A stretch of DNA of 10,980 nucleotides. Origin: Archangiaceae bacterium. GTDB taxonomy: Bacteria; Myxococcota; Myxococcia; Myxococcales; Myxococcaceae. Positions 7,218 through 10,980 of the stretch are shown here, in pieces. A program made the position numbers and the translations under genes. The notes under the pieces are model-generated. The model was given only the letters and a program-made list of their open reading frames with translations, was not told where the DNA came from and made no database searches. The stretch is from positions 1 through 10,980 of the forward strand of contig JAYVCD010000168.1 of the NCBI GenBank assembly GCA_043750125.1, written 5' to 3'. Position 1 is the first letter of the stretch. Every line of letters starts with the position of its first letter.

Positions 7218-8075
7218 TTACTTCGGGGTGACGGGCAGTGCCTTGTCGCTGGACCATTCCCAGAACGAGCCGTCGTAGTTGGCAACCTTCTTCGCGCCCG
7301 CGACCTTCAAAGCGAGGAACGCAAAGCCCGAGCGCACTCCGCCGGTGCAGTAGACCACCAGCGATTCGTCAACAGAGATCCCCCGAGCGCTCAAGAGGCT
7401 CTGCAGCTCAGGCTTCGGCAGCAGCGTCCCGTCCTTCGCGAAGAACTGTTTCCAGGGAAGGCTAATCGCTCCGGGAATGTGACCGCCCCGGACTTCTCCG
7501 TACTTGATTGCGCCTTCGAACTCATCGCGGTCGCGAACGTCGAGCAGCTTCACTTTGTTTGCCGCAAGGGCGGCGGTCAGCGTGACCTTGTCGATGCGGG
7601 CCGAGAGATCGGTTCCGGCGCGGAACTTCTTGTTCGGCCGCTGCGGACCTTCGGTGGTGACAGGAAAGTTGGCGCGCTTCCAGGCCGCGAGGCCCCCATC
7701 GAGCACGCTCACTTTTTGATGGCCGAGGTACGAAAGCGTCCAAAACAGCCGCCCCTCTTCCCCGAAGCCGTCCTGCCCCGCTCCGTAGACGACGACCCAA
7801 CTGTCCGAAGGAATACCGCGGGACGTGAGGATCTCGGCCATCTCAGCCGACGAGCGAGCCAATGGGCTCTTGGGCATCTGGGCCAGCTCGATCCACGGGA
7901 CGGAGATTGCGCCGGGAAGGTGACCCTCTTCGTACATTTGCCAGTCTCGGGCATCGACGATCACCGCACGCGCCGCCTGCGCATGCAGCGCCTCGGGGCG
8001 AATCATCAGGGAAGGAACCGGCTTGGCGGCTGAGGAAATCAGCATCGCCCACTGCACGAGGAAGATGAGCTTCAC
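7218..8075 (-). CDS. Tandem-domain rhodanese/sulfurtransferase with N-terminal signal peptide (YnjE/SseA-like)
   Basis: GTG start with GGAGG RBS (8080-8084 on the minus strand). Motifs VIVDAR..YEEGHLPGA, VLDGGLAAW, LLDVR..EF.G, GHIPGA, active-site loop YCTGGVRS and YDGSFWEW. Hydrophobic N-terminus MKLIFLVQWAMLISSAA. Confidence 0.9.
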   Translation of the reverse strand: MKLIFLVQWAMLISSAAKPVPSLMIRPEALHAQAARAVIVDARDWQMYEEGHLPGAISVPWIELAQMPKSPLARSSAEMAEILTSRGIPSDSWVVVYGAGQDGFGEEGRLFWTLSYLGHQKVSVLDGGLAAWKRANFPVTTEGPQRPNKKFRAGTDLSARIDKVTLTAALAANKVKLLDVRDRDEFEGAIKYGEVRGGHIPGAISLPWKQFFAKDGTLLPKPELQSLLSARGISVDESLVVYCTGGVRSGFAFLALKVAGAKKVANYDGSFWEWSSDKALPVTPK

Positions 8076-8246
8076 GCGGCCTCCGGGCGAACGGCGATCC
8101 TACGGCAAATGCAGCGTCGTATTGTAGGGGCGAAGAGCCGACGGTAGCCCGCTCGCCTACATCGACTCTCCTGAAACATCCTCGAATTTCCGGACGATCG
8201 CTGCGAAAGTACGAGCGACGGGCTGCCCTTCGCCATCGGTTTTTTC

Positions 8247-9716
8247 ATGAGCGCGCCTTCTCCAAGCGACGACGTCCAGCCCGGTCAAAGAATTGGCCGG
8301 TACACCGTGCTGCGTCGGCTGGGCAGCGGAGGAATGGCCGAGGTCTACCTGGCGCGCCATGAGGGCCCCAAAAACTTCTCGAAGGTGGTGGTCCTGAAGC
8401 AAGTGCTGCCGCGCCTGGCGAAAAACGAGAAATTCATTCAGATGTTCCTCGATGAAGGCCGGCTGGCGGCGCGGCTTTCCCACCCCAACATCGCGCAGAC
8501 TTTCGAGTTGGGAGAGCACGAGGGGCGCTTTCACATCGCGATGGAGTACGTCCCCGGCGAGTCGCTGTCGAAGGTGGTGAAGAAGGCCCGACGGGAAGGG
8601 TTGGCGCTGCCCCTGGGCACCGTGCTGAGGGTCGCCGTGCAGCTGCTCGAAGCGCTCGACTACACCCACGATTTAAAGGGCGAGCGGGGCGAGTGGCTTC
8701 GGGTGGTGCATCGCGACGTGAGCCCCACCAACGTGGTCCTGACCTACTACGGCGCAGTGAAGCTGCTCGACTTCGGAATCGCCCGCGCCGCCAGCCACGA
8801 GCACCACACCCAGGTCGGGGCCGTGAAAGGCAAGGGCGGCTACATGGCGCCAGAGCAGGCCCGCGCCCAGCACGTCGACCAGCGGGCCGACATCTACGCG
8901 GTCGGTGCTCTGCTGTACCTGCTCACGACCGGGGTGGGACCGTTTGACGACGCCGGCGACGTCTTCGCGATGATGCGCGCGGCGGTCGAATCGCGCTTCC
9001 CTCGCCCCAGCGAGCGCAACCGCAACGTCAATCCTCAGCTGGAACAAATCATTCTCAAGGCGATGGCCGGGCGCCCCGACGATCGCTACCCCACCGCGCG
9101 ACTGATGCTCGCCGACCTCGAGTCTTGTGCCACGTCGCAGCGCCTGTTCGCCGGGGCTCAAGAGCTTGCTGGGCTGATGCGCACGCTGTTCGGAGAGCGC
9201 GCGGACCTCGCTCACGCCGCGTGGGACCAGGTGCCCGACGAAGAGCTGATGGAAAAGGTCGCCGAGAGCTTCAGCGATCGCGACGACGACGAGCTGATGG
9301 GGGTGCCGACGATGCGGGCGCGACGCCCCCGGGTGCAACCCCTTCCGACGCCCCGGCCAGAGCCGTTCAATCGTGCTCCCTCAGGAGACCGAGCGGTGCG
9401 AAGCGTGGCGACGGCGCCGGCGGTTCCCATCGCGTCGCTGAAGGGGGCGTTCGACGACGACGACCACGCGACCGAAATGGTGATCTCGACCCAGTTCATC
9501 AGCAACAAACTGAATCTGAAGCCCAACGCGATCACCCTGGCCCCGACCACCCTGGGCCTGCCGCCCGATGCGACGGGCCCCGGAGCCACCGGCGAGTCGA
9601 CCCGAACGACTCCGCCCCGAGGACGGCCCAACTCGCTCTCGAAGCCGCGGCTGATGGTCCTGGTGACCGGCGGAGTCTTGTTGGGCACTGCGCTGGCCTG
9701 GGTGCTGCTGCACTGA
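8247..9716 (+). CDS. Ser/Thr (Hanks) protein kinase with C-terminal membrane anchor
   Basis: Motifs GSGGMAEV, VVLK, FLDEGR, HRDVSPTN, DFG, YMAPE, DIYAVG and DDRY. Acidic and Pro/Thr-rich linker. Terminal hydrophobic helix LMVLVTGGVLLGTALAWVLLH. Confidence 0.92.
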   Translation: MSAPSPSDDVQPGQRIGRYTVLRRLGSGGMAEVYLARHEGPKNFSKVVVLKQVLPRLAKNEKFIQMFLDEGRLAARLSHPNIAQTFELGEHEGRFHIAMEYVPGESLSKVVKKARREGLALPLGTVLRVAVQLLEALDYTHDLKGERGEWLRVVHRDVSPTNVVLTYYGAVKLLDFGIARAASHEHHTQVGAVKGKGGYMAPEQARAQHVDQRADIYAVGALLYLLTTGVGPFDDAGDVFAMMRAAVESRFPRPSERNRNVNPQLEQIILKAMAGRPDDRYPTARLMLADLESCATSQRLFAGAQELAGLMRTLFGERADLAHAAWDQVPDEELMEKVAESFSDRDDDELMGVPTMRARRPRVQPLPTPRPEPFNRAPSGDRAVRSVATAPAVPIASLKGAFDDDDHATEMVISTQFISNKLNLKPNAITLAPTTLGLPPDATGPGATGESTRTTPPRGRPNSLSKPRLMVLVTGGVLLGTALAWVLLH

Positions 9717-9723
9717 AACGCGA

Positions 9724-10770
9724 TCAGCCGGAAGTCGCGCCCCCGCAGCTCGAGCCCGCGCCGGCGGTGCAGCCGAAGCAATGGCGGCCGACCCGAATCG
9801 AACGCGCGGCCAGCGCCGCTGAATCAAAGTCCCGGATGTGGTGCGGAGCACCCGCCGCCAACCCCAGCTCGAGCATCTGGTTGAAGTCGCAATCGTACAG
9901 CTGCCCGTCCCACCCCACCGAGAGCATCGTCCGGCACATCACTCCGGCGGCGGCCTGGGGGTTGAATGAGGTGACCAGCTTTTCCATGTAGCCTTCGAGG
10001 TTGCCAGTCTCGAGCAGCCAGTCGAGGTACCGCCCGATCGGCATGTTGGTGAGGCAGTACAGCGCATCGAAGGACACTCCGTGCAGACGCATCAGCTCGC
10101 GCTTCCACTCTCGTTCCAGCGAGGCCTGGCCTCCGGGAAGAAAGGCGCCCACGGGGTTGGTCACCAGAGTGAGGGTGAGGCCCGACTTCCCGTCGCCGTA
10201 GCCGAGCGCATTGAGCCGCTGCAGCGCGGCGATCGACTTTTCGTAGACCCCTTCGCCGCGCTGACGATCCGTGCTCAGGGCGCGGTAGTGGGGAAGGGAG
10301 CAGACCAGCTCGACCCGCTGGGCGGCGAAGAACTCGGGAAGATCCCAATGAGGCGCGGTCTGCAGAATGGTGAGGTTGCAGCGGTCGATGACTTTCGCCC
10401 CGCGCGCCACGCACTGCTCGACGAGCCAACGAAAGTGGGGGTTCATCTCGGGAGCGCCGCCGGTCAGATCGACGGTTGAAATCCGGTGACGATCGAGCTC
10501 GGCCAGGCAGTGTTCCATCGTCTGGCGGGTCATGATTTCGCGCCGATCGGGCCCCGCGTCGACGTGGCAGTGGCGACAGGTCTGGTTGCACAGCTTGCCG
10601 ATGTTGATCTGCAGCACGTCCAGCGCCATCGGCTTCAGCGGCCAGAGCCCCGCCTGCTCGAGCGCGACCTCGAACTCAGGCGACAGGCGCAGCCTGGCAA
10701 GCGAGCTCAGCTGCGAAGCGGGCGCCGCGAGCGGACTGCCTCGGGCTGAAAGCGAGGGAGGCATCGACAT
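9724..10770 (-). CDS. arsS: Arsenosugar biosynthesis radical SAM protein ArsS family (Cys form), DUF3641-type C-terminus; start 10773, 10770 or 10764
   Basis: LQINIGKLCNQTCRHCHVDAGP (CxxxCxxC), DLTGGAPEMNPHFR, IDRCNLT, SLPHY, NMPIGR, MCR..LYDCDFNQML and the terminal HCFGCTAGAGSSCGG signature. Directly follows its usual partner, the CMD-like gene. Confidence 0.9.
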   Translation of the reverse strand: MSMPPSLSARGSPLAAPASQLSSLARLRLSPEFEVALEQAGLWPLKPMALDVLQINIGKLCNQTCRHCHVDAGPDRREIMTRQTMEHCLAELDRHRISTVDLTGGAPEMNPHFRWLVEQCVARGAKVIDRCNLTILQTAPHWDLPEFFAAQRVELVCSLPHYRALSTDRQRGEGVYEKSIAALQRLNALGYGDGKSGLTLTLVTNPVGAFLPGGQASLEREWKRELMRLHGVSFDALYCLTNMPIGRYLDWLLETGNLEGYMEKLVTSFNPQAAAGVMCRTMLSVGWDGQLYDCDFNQMLELGLAAGAPHHIRDFDSAALAARSIRVGRHCFGCTAGAGSSCGGATSG

Positions 10771-10779
10771 CAAAACTTT

Positions 10780-10980
10780 TTACATCCCCACTTTTTCGGC
10801 GTGGTTGCGCATTTGAATTCCGTGCACCAGGGACGACCCTCCGCGAATCGCGGCCGTGACGTGAACGGCCTCGGTCAGCTGATCGAGGTCCGCCCCCTTC
10901 TCGAGCGCGTCCTTGCTGTAGGCCTCGATGCAGTAGGGGCACTGCACCGCGTGGGCGACGGCGAGGGCGATCACCGATTT
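10780..10980 (-). CDS. AhpD/carboxymuconolactone decarboxylase family protein (arsenosugar biosynthesis-associated peroxidase-like); 5' end outside the window
   Basis: Frame open to the window edge: KSVIALAVAHAVQCPYCIEAY..EAVHVTAAIRGGSSLVHGIQM with a CxxC motif. Stop TAA at 10780-10782, 9 nt upstream of the arsS ATG at 10770. Confidence 0.88.
   Translation of the reverse strand, partial: KSVIALAVAHAVQCPYCIEAYSKDALEKGADLDQLTEAVHVTAAIRGGSSLVHGIQMRNHAEKVGM

Noticed and set aside
7116-8033. 305-aa plus-strand ORF, and 9125..9991 (+) and 9824..10591 (-) ORFs
   Set aside because: They overlap well-supported rhodanese, kinase and arsS genes, with low-complexity Arg-rich translations and no recognisable motifs.
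8104-8151. Resemblance to a c-di-GMP-I (GEMM) riboswitch (GGCAAA...ACGGTAGCC)
   Set aside because: There is no GNRA tetraloop, tetraloop receptor or GCAAAG junction, and the second stem would be too short. A cmsearch with RF01051 would settle it.
9724-9750. Selenocysteine in ArsS, or read-through of the terminal TGA
   Set aside because: The SSxGG position that can be Sec in this family is TGC (Cys, 9745-9747). The TGA at 9724-9726 comes after the full conserved C-terminus and is an ordinary stop.

Overview
GC-rich bacterial DNA (roughly two-thirds GC by eye). The HRDVSPxN-type Hanks kinases and STAS/Zn-ribbon proteins suggest a myxobacterium or relative, which is an inference. Nine CDS are supported, and they fall into two interleaved gene sets plus one unassigned gene. 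Set 1 comprises genes typical of arsS/ynj-type neighbourhoods: a GT-C (GT87/MptB-like) membrane glycosyltransferase, an orphan YnjB-like ABC substrate-binding protein, an exported tandem rhodanese, the radical SAM protein ArsS (Cys form), and a CxxC AhpD/CMD peroxidase-like protein cut by the window edge. Set 2 is a signalling set: an RsbW/SpoIIAB-like GHKL protein directly upstream of a 1006-aa kinase (STAS-Zn ribbon x2, Ser/Thr kinase, TM, PEGA-like), plus a second tail-anchored Ser/Thr kinase lying antisense between arsS and the rhodanese. The remaining CDS is a small exported Pro/Ala-rich protein. The most interesting element is the apparent partner-switching/Hanks-kinase hybrid at 3360-7209. 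No RNA genes, CRISPR arrays or mobile elements were seen.
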